A DNA stretch of 63,985 bases, counting the filler, from Octopus bimaculoides (lineage: Eukaryota), in the NCBI RefSeq assembly GCF_001194135.2. It is 5 parts of 4 records of this genome, joined end to end, with 100 filler letters (N's around TTAATTAATTAA, not from the genome) between each part and the next. Parts side by side here need not be neighbours in the genome. Positions count along the whole stretch, not along the records: positions 34,408 to 48,092 come from NC_068996.1; positions 48,193 to 62,872 come from NC_068981.1; 3 more parts are not named here. One strand, 5' to 3'. The notes beneath the pieces are model-generated. The model did no database searches. It was given only the letters and a program-made list of their open reading frames with translations, and was not told the DNA's origin. The number at the start of each line of letters is the position of its first letter. Position 1 is the stretch's first letter. Positions 38,953 to 51,530 of this stretch are shown piece after piece. The position numbers and the translations under genes are program-made.

Positions 38953-39178
38953 TTAACCCTTTAGAATTCAGATTTCTTTGTCAGATGCAATGCTTATTTA
39001 TTCACATTGTTTTGAATTAATCAAGCAGTATCTCTTAGCTTCAAGATTTTGAAGATATCATTGTTTATTTTTAGGTTAACAATGTAGGGTAGGTGTGAGA
39101 GACTGGATCTGGTTAGTTAGAATGCAAAAAAAGGTAGAATACTTGGGTCAGGTATGGCTGGTTTAAATGTTAAAGATT
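38953..39178 (+). mobile_element. piggyBac-like MITE copy in LARS1 intron
   Basis: ttaaccctttagaattcag..aaatgttaaagattta. Confidence 0.65.
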
Positions 39179-39214
<36 letters not shown>

Positions 39215-39774
39215 CAGAAGTGGTGCATAGGTGCAGGAATGGCTGTGTAGTAAGCAGCTTGCTTACTAGCCACATGTTTCTGGGTTCAGTCCCACTGTGT
39301 GGCACCTTGGGCAAGTGTCTTCTACTATAGCTTTGGGCCGACCAAAGCCTTGTGAGTGGATTTGGTAGACGGAAACTGAAAGAAGCCATTATATATATAT
39401 ATATCCGTGCCGGTGACATATAAAAAGCACCAACTGATCGTGGCTGTTGCCAGCCTCCTCTGGCCCCGATGCCAGTGGCACATAAAAAGCACCCACTACA
39501 CTCTTTGAGTGGTTGGCATTAGGAAGGGCATCCAGCTGTAGAAACACTGCCAGATCAGACTGGGGCCTGGTGCAGCCTCCTGGCTTCCCAGACCTCTGTC
39601 AGATTGTCCAACCCATGCTAGCATGGGTTGGACAATCTGACAGAGGTCTGGGAAGCCAGGAGGCTGCACCAGGCCCCAGTCTGATCTGGCAGTGTTTCTA
39701 CAGCTGGATGCCCTTCCTNNNNNNNNNNNNNNNNNNNNNNNNNNNNNNNNNNNNNNNNNNNNNNATATATATAT

Positions 39775-39808
<34 letters not shown>

Positions 39809-40082
39809 GCAGTGCTCCAGCATGGCCGCAGTCGAGTGACTGAAACACAGAAAAGAATAAAAGAATATATATGTTTATGTGTGTCGTTGTTCCCTCAACA
39901 TCACTTGACAACCGATGCTGGTGTGTTTATGTCCCCTGTAACTTAGCAGTTTAGCAAAAGAGACCGATAGAATAAGTACTAGGTTTACAAAGAACAAGTC
40001 CTGGAGTTGATTTGTTCAACTAAAGGCGGTGCTCCAGCATGGCCATAGTCAAATGTCTGAAACAAGTAAAAGAATAAAAGAA

Positions 40083-40546
40083 TACATGTGTTGGTATCAG
40101 AAGGTTCCTAGACTAGTTATCGTTAATAAGAAATATCTTATTTACCTAAGTTTTAATATCATCTCCTTCAAAATAGTCACCTCGTGTAGCATCACTCTGG
40201 TCCCAGTGTTCCTGGCCCTTTTGGAATCAGGCCTGGAAGTTGTTGAGGACCTTCTGCAATTTGCTTTGGATTTTGACAACGGTGTTAAAATGGCGGCCTT
40301 TGAGCTGCTTTTTCATCTTTGGGAAGTGATAGAAATCTGCAGCTGCTAAATCTGGTGAATGGGGTGTGTACGGAAGCGATACTATGTTGTTTTGGCGAGA
40401 AACTGATCATAAAATCACAAATTTCCACAGCAGTGTCACTCGACACACTGCCTCATGAAGGTCACTGCTAGCTCTCACTGCACACGCAACAGTGTGCTGC
40501 CATCTGTTGGCATGCTACAGAACTAGTCCAGGAACTTTTTGGTACT
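40083..40546 (-). mobile_element. Internally deleted mariner element
   Basis: TIR-like ends tggtatcagaaggttcctagact and agtccaggaactttttggtacta. Minus strand reads PYTPHSPDLAAADFYHFPKMKKQLKGRHF (YSPDL-type motif)..RGDYFEGD. Confidence 0.75.
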
Positions 40547-40941
40547 ATAGCTTTGAGATTTCAATGATGTGATTGTTCATTTTTAAAATGACATTGTAGG
40601 TAAGGTGTGAGTGGTTAGATCTGGTCAGTTTGAACATAAGACAAAGTATTTGAGCTGGTTATGGCCAGTTTAAATGCTAAATGGTTAAATATAGTAAAGA
40701 TTGTTTGCCAACATAACATGGCAGTCCTGGTTTAGGACTAATGTTGCTATAATTTAGCCCCAGGAGATATCGTCTCCAGCTGGCTATACGACATGATCTG
40801 TGCCCTTATATTTTCGAAAAAGGGAATCTAGGTTAAATATAGTTTTTTTCCATTTTTAATATTCTCTAAATGTTATATATTTTGTGAAAAAAAGAAAAAA
40901 AAATTATAATGATCTTTTGAATTTTTATTTTTAATTTATAG

Positions 40942-41029
40942 AAAAAACAAATACTTTGTAACGTTTCCATATCCTTATATGAATGGAAGACTGCATCTGG
41001 GACATACATTTAGTTTGTCAAAATGCGAG
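40942..41029 (+). CDS. LARS1: Cytoplasmic leucyl-tRNA synthetase exon with HIGH motif (88 nt)
   Basis: ttaatttatag|(K)[29 protein letters not shown]|gttagt. This is the class I HIGH signature (HLGH). Confidence 0.97.
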
Positions 41030-41099
41030 GTTAGTATTAAATGTCTTATATGTATTTAATCATCCATTTCACTGAGTGTTCTTTGTTCCTTCTTGAGCC

Positions 41100-41370
41100 A
41101 TACCTGGCACATAAGGGCTAGTTTCCCAGTTTCATTGGTGTATAGGTTCCCCACCTGGACAGGATGCCAGTCCGTCACAGGTGAACTGCTAGATGTAGGA
41201 GGAAAGACTGAGAGAAAGTTGTGGTGAAAGAGTCATCAGAAGCTCGCCATTACCTTCTGCCGGAGCTTTGGTGTTTTGCTCATAAACACACACATCACCC
41301 GGTCTCTGATTTGAACTCACGATCCCTCGACTGCTAGTCCACTGCTCTAACCACTAGGCCATGTGCCTCT
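41100..41370 (-). mobile_element. SINE family D, decayed
   Basis: Reverse match to 49867-50150. Confidence 0.6.
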
Positions 41371-41604
41371 ACTGAGTAATAATAGATATATTGAATTTAA
41401 ACTATATTTAGACCAGTGTACCTCAGCCATTTTTTTCTTTTATTTTGCACTCCCTTTGATTCCCGTTTTACTCAAATAATCACTCCTAGCCCCTTTTGAT
41501 GTTTCACAAAATCCCTATTCAATTTTTATAATCAAATATTATTAGGAATTGTATTAAAAAAAAAGTATTGTTAAAATACTTTGTGTATTGTAGAAGTTTG
41601 ACTA

Positions 41605-42300
41605 ATATCATCATCATCATTTAATGTCTGTTGTCCATGCTGGCATGGGTTGGGATGGTTTGACCAGGGCTGGCAAGCTGGTGGGGCTGCACCAGACTCC
41701 AGTTTGCTTTGGCATAATTTCTACAACTGAATGCTCTTCCCAACACGAACCACTTTTATGTGGCACTGCATGGGCACTTTTAGATGACACTGCACCGGTA
41801 CTTTTACGTGACAGCACTATGAGTGCTGTACACCACCAGAAGGATTGGTCTTAACACTTCTGCTGTGGAGTACAGGTCTTTTTTCAGTACAGCCAGGCAT
41901 CTCGGTCCTTTGTCATCTCACCTGAAAGTTTCAGATTCCTGAAGTCGTCCTTCAGTTCTTCATCCCATGTCATCCTGGGTCCCCCACTTCCACATGTTCC
42001 ATCTATTTTGAGAGATTGGCTTTTCTCTATGCAACTGTCCTCGTCCATCTGCATCACATGACCAAACCAGTGCTGTCTTCTCTCTTGCACACAACGACCA
42101 AAACACTAACACTCTGCTGAACATGTACACTTACATTACACATCCAGTGGAGCATACTAGTGTCATTCCTTTCTAACCTTCGCATGTCCTCTACATTCAG
42201 GATCCACATCTTACTACCATGTAGAATTGTCCATAATGTATTGCCAATAAATTTTAACAACATCTTATTTGGATCCCATTTGAAAATGACTGGTTTAGAC
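41605..42300 (-). mobile_element. RTE-clade LINE 3' fragment with 3'UTR and (GAT)n tail
   Basis: LHGSKMW..MRRLERNDTSMLHWMC..HWFGHVMQMDED..GPRMTWDEELKDD..DRDAW, continuing into the short repeat found many times elsewhere. Confidence 0.85.
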
Positions 42301-42727
42301 CAATATTCTTACATTGAAGGTGGTATGGTGTGTCAGAGCTTATTCTAATTTTTTGTTCTTTTTTTTTTTTTGTTAGTCAGTAAAAGGTTGGAAATTCTTC
42401 TCCTTTTTGACAAGGTATTGAGTGTTGTAATCTATGTTCTGTCAGATAAAACTAAAGAGATGGATTTATTGAACAATTGAAGTTGATCATTGCTAGTGCC
42501 TGAAACAATATAAGGAAATTTGCAATCATGAAGTTTCTTAACACTGGCAATGAACAAACGTTTTTCTTGAGCAATTTAAGGTTTAAAGAATTAATAGTCT
42601 TGAAAGCCTTAGGTGTTTTGTCACCTTCTTTAGAAAGGTTACAAGGATGTCATAGGGTAGGTGTAAGAGATTGGCTCTGGTTGGTTTGAATATAAAATGG
42701 AGAATATGTTGGGCCAGATATGGCTGG

Positions 42728-44150
42728 TGTAGCAAACTCATAAGAGGCGGAGAGAGAACGTAAGTTCGTTTGCCCGAACATGAGAAATTATTGATTTCTC
42801 ATTGGTTAAAAATTACTGCCCATATACGAATTATGAACTTCGTTGAAGAAATCTTTCACGGGGTTACGGTTCTATGATTTGTGTATGATTAGTTATATAA
42901 ACCCTGATTTTCGGCAAACTCTCCAGTGATCGTTGGATGTTACTCAAGTCCATGACACTTGCTCAAGTGATTGTTGGACAGCCACTCAAATCCACGACAC
43001 TCACCCTTTTGAGTATCGGCTAATATATATGCCATGTTCCATACTCAAATCCGACAATATTGAATTGTTGTGAAACCTTATAACTAGAATGAAAAATTAG
43101 TTAATATAAAATTTAAGTCGTAATTCTCTACGACGAAATGACTTGTTTCTAAATGTTCTATAAATGTCAAAAAAAATGTATATAATAAATTAATGTAGAA
43201 ACTTAATTCCTTTTACTTCTCGTTTCTTTCAACTTGTTGAATTTATTTCTGTATATTAATGAAACTGTATTTATATCTTCAACATACATGTATATATGAA
43301 CGCACGTTCAACGTCTTGGTATGTATACATCATAACATTTACGCAGCCTAGAGTTATGCTTAGTGATAAATACTTATAATTAAGTTATAAGTAATGAGAT
43401 TATCATTATAGCTTTTTATTAAGAAACAATAATATTTGTTATAACTTACAAATGAAAACATTGTAAATAAAGATATAGTATATCTCAGACTTCAACGACC
43501 TGTGAAAACAAACATAAAAAATACAGTTTCATTAATATAAGTTCTTAATGAAGATTTTAGTTGTCTAAAATCAGAATAAGTTCTTAATGAAGATTTTAGT
43601 TGTCTATGAAATCTCTCTATCATGCCGTTAGACTGTGGATGATAAGAAGTTGTACGGATTCTTTTAATCCCCAACAATTTATTGAATTCTGCGAAAAGGG
43701 TAGACTCAAATTGTCTACCACGATCGGTTGTTATTTTATCTGGGACACCGAATCTCGATACCCAGTTACTAAACAAGGTTTTTACTATAGTTTTTGCAGA
43801 AATATCTTTGATGGGATAAGCTTCTGGCCATCTCGAAAAACGATCTATACATGTCAACAAATACATGTTATCTTCACATGGAGTTAAGGGTCCAACTATA
43901 TCAATGTGGATTTGTTGGAATCTCGCATCTGGATTTGTAAATGTACCTAATGGTGCTTTGATATGACGATGTACTTTGGATTTTTGACACTGCATACATG
44001 ACTTGACCCAGGAACTAATATCCATATTTATACCAGGTCAAACAAATCGACTTGATATTAATTTCAATGAAGCTCCAATACCTGGATGAGATAAATTATG
44101 TAAGGTAGAAAGAAACAGCTTTTCTATGCTTTTCAGGCACAAATGGTCTT
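42728..44150 (-). mobile_element. Gypsy remnant (integrase plus probable LTR) antisense in a LARS1 intron
   Basis: [64 protein letters not shown]. The LTR call rests only on a terminal TGTAGC at 42728. Confidence 0.8.
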
Positions 44151-44160
44151 GAAAAACCGG

Positions 44161-44520
44161 CTTAACCCTTTCGCATTCAGATTACTCTGTCAAATATAAT
44201 GCTTATTCATTCACATTTTCAATTAATCATGCATTATCTCATAACTTTGAGATTTCAATGATGTGATTGCTTATTGTTAGAATGACATTGTCAAATAGGT
44301 GTGAAAGGCCAGATCTGTTTAGTTTGAACATAAATGGCTGGTTTAACTCTTTAGCATTCAGGTGAAATACACATTTAATAACATTCTTTTCAATTAATCA
44401 TTTCAACGACATAATTGTTTATTTTTAGAATGATATTGTAATGGTAGGTATTACAAGCTAGATCTGGTCAGTTTGGACATTAAAGGCTGGATCTGGCCAG
44501 ACTAAATGCTAAGAGATTAA
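44161..44520 (+). mobile_element. Two tandem piggyBac-like MITE copies
   Basis: ttaaccctttcgcattcag.. and ttaactctttagcattcag..aaatgctaagagattaa. Confidence 0.65.
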
Positions 44521-44581
44521 GAGATTTATGATATACAAATCTCTTTTTTTTTCACATGCTGATTTCTTTTTCCTCTCTCAG

Positions 44582-44662
44582 TTTTCAGTTGGTTTTTGGA
44601 GATTGAAAGGAAAACATTGTCTATTTCCATTTGGACTTCACTGTACTGGGATGCCAATAAAG
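44582..44662 (+). CDS. LARS1: Cytoplasmic leucyl-tRNA synthetase exon (81 nt)
   Basis: tcctctctcag|[27 protein letters not shown]|gtaaac. Conserved Leu[14 protein letters not shown] motif, phase 0 at both ends. Confidence 0.97.
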
Positions 44663-45564
44663 GTAAACCAATTTTTATTTAAACAAAGGATTTTATATTT
44701 CAGATGATATTTTGTTTTTATAATTATTTTCTCAACGAATTTACTCCGATGGAAATGTTTTGAACAATTTTATAATGTAATTTATTTTATTCTCTTGTTT
44801 CAGTTGTTTGACTGTGGCCATGCTGGAGTATCGCCTTGAAGTGTTTTGGTCAAACAAATCAATTCCAGGACTTATTTTTTAAGCCTAGTACTTATTCTGT
44901 CAGTTTCCTTTGCCGAACTGCTAAGTTATGGCGGTGTAAACACACCAACACCGGTTCTCACACAGTGATGGAAGGGGGACAAACAGAAGGACACACACGC
45001 ACAATATATATAGGGCTTCTTTCAGTTTCTCTCTACTCTTAGAATGTCCAACTGATTGCATTTATGCAATTTGTTTTTAACATTTGATAAGTTTTATATT
45101 GCTACAAGCAGTAATACTCAGCCTTGTCTGGGTTTAGTGATATCCAATGTAAATACTATCACATCACATGGGGTGGGGGAAGAAATATTGCACTACTTGA
45201 AAACAAGTTAGGCATGGTGACAAGAAGAGCATCTGACTTTTGAAAATTCATCTCATCAAGTTTTGTGCATCTCATGCGAGTATGGAAAAGTAAATGCTAA
45301 AACGATGATGGCGATGATGTATATAAATACACACACATGTAGCTATTGGTGAGGGATTATCAATCCGGGCAAAATACTTCATAAGCTCTCTGTTGACACA
45401 CCAGGTTAACAGTATTGTTTAGATTAGTGAAGAACTCCAAGTGTTCTTATGGCAGGGTCTGAGGTTATGGTTCATCACAATTCTATATTGTAAATCTGTA
45501 GATGGGCTCCAGACAAACTGATTTTCACACAGTGTTATATATGACAAGGTATAAATAATGGTCA

Positions 45565-45830
45565 TCATCATCATCATCATCGTTTAACGTCCGCTTTCCA
45601 TTCTAGCATGGGTTGGACAGTTTGACTGAGGACTGGTGAACTGGATGGCTACACCAGGCTCCAATCTGATTTGGCAGAGTTTCTACAGCTGGATGCCCTT
45701 CCTAACGCCAACCACTCAGAGAGTGTAGTGGGTGCTTTTACGTGCTACCGGCACGAAGGCCAGTCAGGAGGTACTGGCAATGGCCACGCTCAAAATGGCG
45801 TATTTTATGTGCCACCTGCATAGGAGCCAT
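45565..45830 (-). mobile_element. RTE 3'UTR-derived repeat
   Basis: (CAT)n followed by cgtttaacgtccgctttcc..ctggatgcccttcctaacgccaacc. Confidence 0.75.
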
Positions 45831-46067
45831 ACTTTAATATATTAAATAGAAAATAAACAGGATAAAATAAAGTGAATATAACAATATATGAGTGTTTGAA
45901 ACCCTTTAACATTTAAACCAGCCACATTTGGTCCAAATATTTTACCTCTTGACAAGCACAACTCTGATAGAAAAAAGAAAATTCTAAATCACCAAATCCA
46001 TTATAATTCAGACATTATTATATAATATATAATATATATAGGTGCATTATATAATATATGATATATA

Positions 46068-46465
46068 GGTGCAGGCATGGCTGTGTTGTAAGAAGCTTGC
46101 TTCCCAATCACATGGTTCTGGGTTCTGTCCCACTGCATAATACCTTGGGTAAATGTCTTCTACTATAAGCCTTGGTCCAACCAACGCCTTGTGGGTGAAT
46201 TTGGTAGAGGAAAACTGAAAAGAAACTCGTCATATATATATAAATATATATATTTGTGTATTTGCCTCCCCACCACTATCATCTGACAACCGATGTTGGT
46301 GTTTATGTCTCCATAACTGAACAGTTTGGCAAAAGGGTCCAATAGAATAAGTACTAAGTTTACAAAGAATAAGTCCTGGGGTTGATTACTTTGATTAAAA
46401 TCCTTTAAGGCGGTGCTCCAACATGGCTGCTGTCAGATGGTTGAAACAAGTACAGGAATAAAACC
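46068..46465 (+). mobile_element. SINE family B, CpG-decayed
   Basis: Full head and tail, with CG-to-TG/CA changes relative to the 1129 and 3575 copies. Confidence 0.8.
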
Positions 46466-46597
46466 ATGAGCCTCTGAAAGTGTGTTTAATGACTAGAACA
46501 ACAGAATTAACACATCGGGTATACTCTCAGGAGAGAACCGATTAGATGTAGATATGACAATATATGCTGAATCAGAAGAATGATAATAATAATAATA

Positions 46598-46960
46598 AGA
46601 GCACTCAGAGAGTGCAAACCTCTGCCAAAGCAACACCAACGTCCTCTCAATGATTAGTCGGAGATGATTTTTAAAATGAGAATATCTGAAATAAACTCGA
46701 CTGCTCTCACAAACGAGAATACTAAAAATGAACCTGATCGCTCTCAAAAATTAAGTAAAAAAAAAACAGGAAAAATAATCCAGAATCTTTGTCCATTACT
46801 GGATCAATCCCAAAGTCTAACCAGTATGTACCAGTCATGAGGCCAAACGTCCCTGAAAGTTTCATCCGAATCCATCCAGCAGTTCTTGAGATATCTTGTC
46901 CATTTCAAACAAACAAATACAACTGAAAACAATACCTCCGCCTTCGGTAAGGCGGAGTTA
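46598..46960 (+). mobile_element. Possible non-autonomous Helentron/HINE-like element
   Basis: 5' hairpin gcactc-aga-gagtgc, a subterminal aaacctctgcc/tacctccgcc repeat, and a 3' GC hairpin ctccgcctt-cggt-aaggcggag (46936-46957). Confidence 0.4.
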
Positions 46961-47870
46961 ATAATTAAAAAATAATACAAAAAAAGATCATAATTGTTTG
47001 CTGATTGGTGCTTATATCTGCTAAATTAAAAAAAAAAATCAGTTATTTGCATTGTGTAAGTAAGATCTGGAACAAATATTTGTGTGTTTATTCTTGAATA
47101 CTCTGCAGTATTTGTTCCAACTATCTGTGTTCTGAGTTCAAATCCTGTTAATGTTAACTTTACCTTTCGTCTTGTTGAGAGATGATAAAGTACCCATCAT
47201 ATATGGGGGTAAATTCTACTCACTCCCTTCTCTCTCTCCTTCACTTCCCTCTCTCTCTCCTGCCTTCCCTTCTCTCTCTTGCCTAACCCTCTCCTTCTGT
47301 CTCTCTCTCCTACCTCCCATCCGTCTTTCCTGCTTCCCCTCTCCCTCCATATCCACCTCTCTCCTGTATCCTCTTCTCTTCTTCTGTCTCCCCCTCTCCC
47401 ACCTCTCTTTGTCTCTGTCTCACTTGAAGAAATCAGTTGTGCCCGAACCTGGTGGCCTCTGCTTCGGTTTCAAGTGCTTAACACATGCTGTATGTGAAGC
47501 TTGTGACCCTTTGGCTCTTATCACAAGTTAAGGCCATCTTATTCCACAATCATGTTATGCTGCTTTGTGGAATATAGAACTAAACTGGGAAACAATTATA
47601 TTTCCTGTATCGTTGCTAAGTAACTTTTTGTAATCTGTATATCTGTATCTCATATTATATAACTCACATTGATACGGGAACATCTATTTCATATCCTAAT
47701 CAAGTCATCAGATTTGACATCAAGCATATCTATAATACATTAAAAGGGTAATCTTCCAGTTTAGGGCCGTAAAAAAAGTAAATAAAAATACAAGGGAAAT
47801 AACTTAACGTCTTACTAGTATTATCCATACAACTCTGAAATGTGTTTTTTTTATTTTTAGCTGTTTATAA

Positions 47871-48092
47871 ATAAATCACACACATGATTGAAGTTAACTG
47901 TTTATATATAAATCACACACATGATTGAAGTTAACTGTTTATATATAAATCACACACGTGATTGAAGTTAACTGTTTATATATAAATCACACACATGATT
48001 GAAGTTAACTGTTTATATATAAATCACACACATGATTGAAGTTAACTGTTTATATATAAATCACACACATGATTGAAGTTAACTGTTTATAT
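47871..48092. repeat. 37-bp minisatellite x6 at contig end
   Basis: ataaatcacacacatgattgaagttaactgtttatat, nearly identical units, running into the linker. Confidence 0.95.
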
Positions 48093-48192
48093 NNNNNNNN
48101 NNNNNNNNNNNNNNNNNNNNNNNNNNNNNNNNNNNNTTAATTAATTAANNNNNNNNNNNNNNNNNNNNNNNNNNNNNNNNNNNNNNNNNNNN
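48093..48192. other. Artificial scaffold-join linker
   Basis: N44-TTAATTAATTAA (48137-48148)-N44. Confidence 0.95.
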
Positions 48193-48510
48193 AGACCGGG
48201 CGTTGTAAGTGTTTATTGAGCGAAAACACCTAAAGCTCCACGAGGCTCCGACAGGGGATGGTGGCGAACCCTGCTGTACTCTTCCACCACAACTTTCTCT
48301 CACTCTTTCTTCCTGTTTCTGTTGTACCTGTAATTCAAAGGGTCAGCCTTGTCACACTCTGTGTCACGCTGAATATCCCCGAGAACTACGTTAAAGGTAC
48401 ACGTGTCTGTGGAGTGCTCAGCCACTTGCACGTTAATTTCACGAGCAGGCTGTTCCGTCGATCGGATCAACTGGAACCCTCGTCGTCGTAAGCGACGGAG
48501 TGCCAACAAC
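48193..48510 (+). mobile_element. SINE family D, tail type 1
   Basis: Body agaccgggcgttg..gctccacgaggctccg, then gtcacactctgtgtcacgctgaat..cgacggagtgcca. Confidence 0.8.
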
Positions 48511-48714
48511 AACAGCGACCCTCTAAAACATTTATCTTCAAGAATGAGAAAGGGATACCATAGTATAAAGCTGCAAAATATTGTCTCACGTTGTTGCGAG
48601 TAAATGTTACAGGAGACTTGAAACGCTACCATTCTGATACTCAAAGAGACATGAAAGTCGTCTCCGTACTTCTGAACTCGATAAAATAAGAAACCAAAAT
48701 TTTAGGTCGTATTT

Positions 48715-49600
48715 CAATATTGGTTTCAAATTTTGACACAAGACCAGCGATTCCAGACAAAGGGGTAAGATGATTACAACAACACCTGTACTCAACTGGT
48801 TCTTATTTTATTGACCTTGAAAGGATTCATCCTTTCAAGGTAAAGTCGACCTCGGTGGAATTTGAACTCAGAACGTAAAGACGGACGAAATACCACTAAG
48901 CATTTCGTCCTGCGTGCTAACGTTTCTTCCCGCTCACTGCCTATGTCCTATTACATTATTACGAACAATATAGCATTGTTTTCTGGCTCATTCACAAGGG
49001 CACACATTTTGAGCCGGGGTTGCAGTCGATTACAACAACCCCTACTAATTAACACCTACGTATTTTATCAATCTTGCATGGTTGAATGGTTAAGTGGATC
49101 TCGGCGGGATTTGAACTAGTCGTAAAATAACGTAGCTAAATACTATAAGATATATTCTTCTTCACTCTACCAATTCGGCCAAACCGCCGATTTAATTTCA
49201 GTCAAAACCTGTTGAATTACTGAATTTTATCAGGATTAAGTTATATGACAGATAAGTTCTTTGCCAATGGAATTGGCGACAAAGTTTCGATAATTGCTAT
49301 AACGTCGCATTAATCACGTCGCTAATTTTCCTGGGAAAGGAATGAATATCATTCATTCCCTTATACTCGTATTTCAGGTTTTATTCCTAAATAACGTTTT
49401 CTGATTTAGGTACTAAACCAGTAATTTTAAGGAAGGGATGAGTCGATGTCTCCGACTCCGATATTTGGCTAGCACTTTATTTTATCGATTCCAAAAGGAT
49501 GAAATGCAAAGTTAATCTTGGCGGGATTTAAGCCAGAATATAAAAATCCGGAACAAAAACCGCAGGGCATTTTCTCTGACGATCTAACGATTCTGCCAAA
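48715..49600 (-). mobile_element. Three SINE family A copies
   Basis: Repeated reverse modules. Confidence 0.7.
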
Positions 49601-49866
49601 TAGAAAAAGAAAAAAAAACTTACTATATTTGGTAAACTAATGTGCATCACATGGAATGGACTTCAGAACGAATAAAATAAATTAAACTCTTATTTAAAGG
49701 TCAAACATCCCTAATCACACCCAAACACGCGATTCTTTGTTTCGCTTACACTTTGACTTATTTCAGTGAACCCCATTGTATTGTACTTTCGTTCAACGTT
49801 AAAATATTAAATGAATGAGGTAATTAAAAAGCGAATTAGATATATTCTATTTATATTGGTAAGTGT

Positions 49867-50150
49867 GGAGGCGCAATGGCCCAGTGGTTTGGGCAGCGGA
49901 CTCGCGGTCGGAGGATCGCGGTTTCGATTCTCAGACCGGGCGTTGTGAGTGTTTATTGAGTGAAAACGCCTAAACTCCACGAGGCTCCGGCAGGAGGTAG
50001 TGGCGACCCGTGTTGTACTCTTTCGCCCCAACTTTCTCTCACTGTTTCTTGAATAACACTACGATGGGCTGGCGTCCGTCCAGCTGGGGGGAACACATAC
50101 GCCATAGAAACCGGGCCCCATGAGCCTGGATAGGCTTTGAAAGGGCGACG
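49867..50150 (+). mobile_element. tRNA-derived SINE family D, tail type 2
   Basis: A-box tggcccagtgg, B-box ggtttcgattc. Tail gatgggctggcgtccgtccagctggggg..catacgccatagaaacc. Confidence 0.85.
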
Positions 50151-50569
50151 TTATATTGGTAAGTACAATTTATTTTATTTACCTTGTTTTAATGTTACTA
50201 TTTAAAAAAATTTTAATGTGCTAGTCAAACGAGGAGAGGGTAATGACTTCAAACTTTATAGTCCCTTTCTCAAACTATGGGTGAGATGGATGCCAAACCT
50301 AAACATCTTTAGGTCAATGTCTACAGGAAAACCAAGCACCTCTATGTAATCGCTTGGCTTGTTAGAAGCAGTATCCAAATTTTTACATTTAACCATACAT
50401 CCAATTATCTTACAAATAATAAGTTGGGCATGTTAAACCATCTAGCCCTAGATACACGTAAAAACACGGAATGGTCATTGCTGAATTGCATCTGATCATA
50501 GCTGTGCTAAATCAGAGTTAACCTGGAGTTTATGAAATAACACGGGCGTAGCAAAGGGTTCTTAATTAT

Positions 50570-50785
50570 TGGTTTCAAATTTTGGCACAAGACCAGTAAT
50601 TTCGGGGCAGGGGTGTAACTAGATTACATCGACCCCAGTGCTCAACTGGTTCTTATGTCATTAACCCCGAAAGAATGAACAGCAAAGTCGACCTCGGCGG
50701 AATTTGAACCCAGAACGTAAAGACGGACGAAATGCTGCTAAGCATTTTGCTCGGTGCAGTAACGACGCAGCCAGCTCGCCACCTT
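50570..50785 (-). mobile_element. SINE family A
   Basis: Reverse full copy. Confidence 0.8.
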
Positions 50786-51198
50786 AACAGCCCTTGATTA
50801 TTAAAATGGATTCACTGTTAGACTTCGAATTTGCAGTGGCTTTGTGATAAGAAGCTTCCTTNNNNNNNNNNNNNNNNNNNNNNNNNNNNNNNNNNNNNNN
50901 NNNNNNNNNNNNNNNNNNNNNNNNNNNNNNNNNNNNNNNNNNNNNNNNNNNNNNNNNNNNNNNNNNNNNNNNNNNNNNNNNNNNNNNNNNNNNNNNNNNN
51001 NNNNNNNNNNNNNNNNNNNNNNNNNNNNNNNNNNNNNNNNNNNNNNNNNNNNNNNNNNNNNNNNNNNNNNNNNNNNNNNNNNNNNNNNNNNNNNNNNNNN
51101 NNNNNNNNNNNNNNNNNNNNNNNNNNNNNNNNNNNNNNNNNNNNNNNNNNNNNNNNNNNNNNNNNNNNNNNNNNNNNNNNNNNNNNNNNNNNNNNNNN

Positions 51199-51231
<33 letters not shown>

Positions 51232-51530
51232 TGTACTTGTGTGTGTGTTTGTGCTTGTCCCACACCATCGCTTGACAACCGACGTTGGTGTGTTTACGTT
51301 CCCCCAACTTAGCGGTTCGGCAAAAGAGACCGATAGAATAAGTACTAGGCTTACAAAGAATAATTCCTGGGGTCGATTTGTTCAACTAAAGGTGTTACTC
51401 CAGCATGGCCGCCCTCAAAATGACTGAAACAAGTAAAAGAATAAAAGTATAAAGGAAAGACAAGTAAAGAAAAATATCAAGTTAGAAAATCTGTATAAGA
51501 GATGAAAGTAGTAACTATACTGAGAAGTAG

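Noticed and set aside
47871-48092. CRISPR-like regular array
   Set aside because: Units are contiguous with no unique spacers. It is a eukaryotic minisatellite.
49867-49940. tRNA gene candidates in SINE heads (also 1129, 4723, 56350)
   Set aside because: A and B boxes are present, but there is no complete cloverleaf and each head runs into a multi-copy SINE body.
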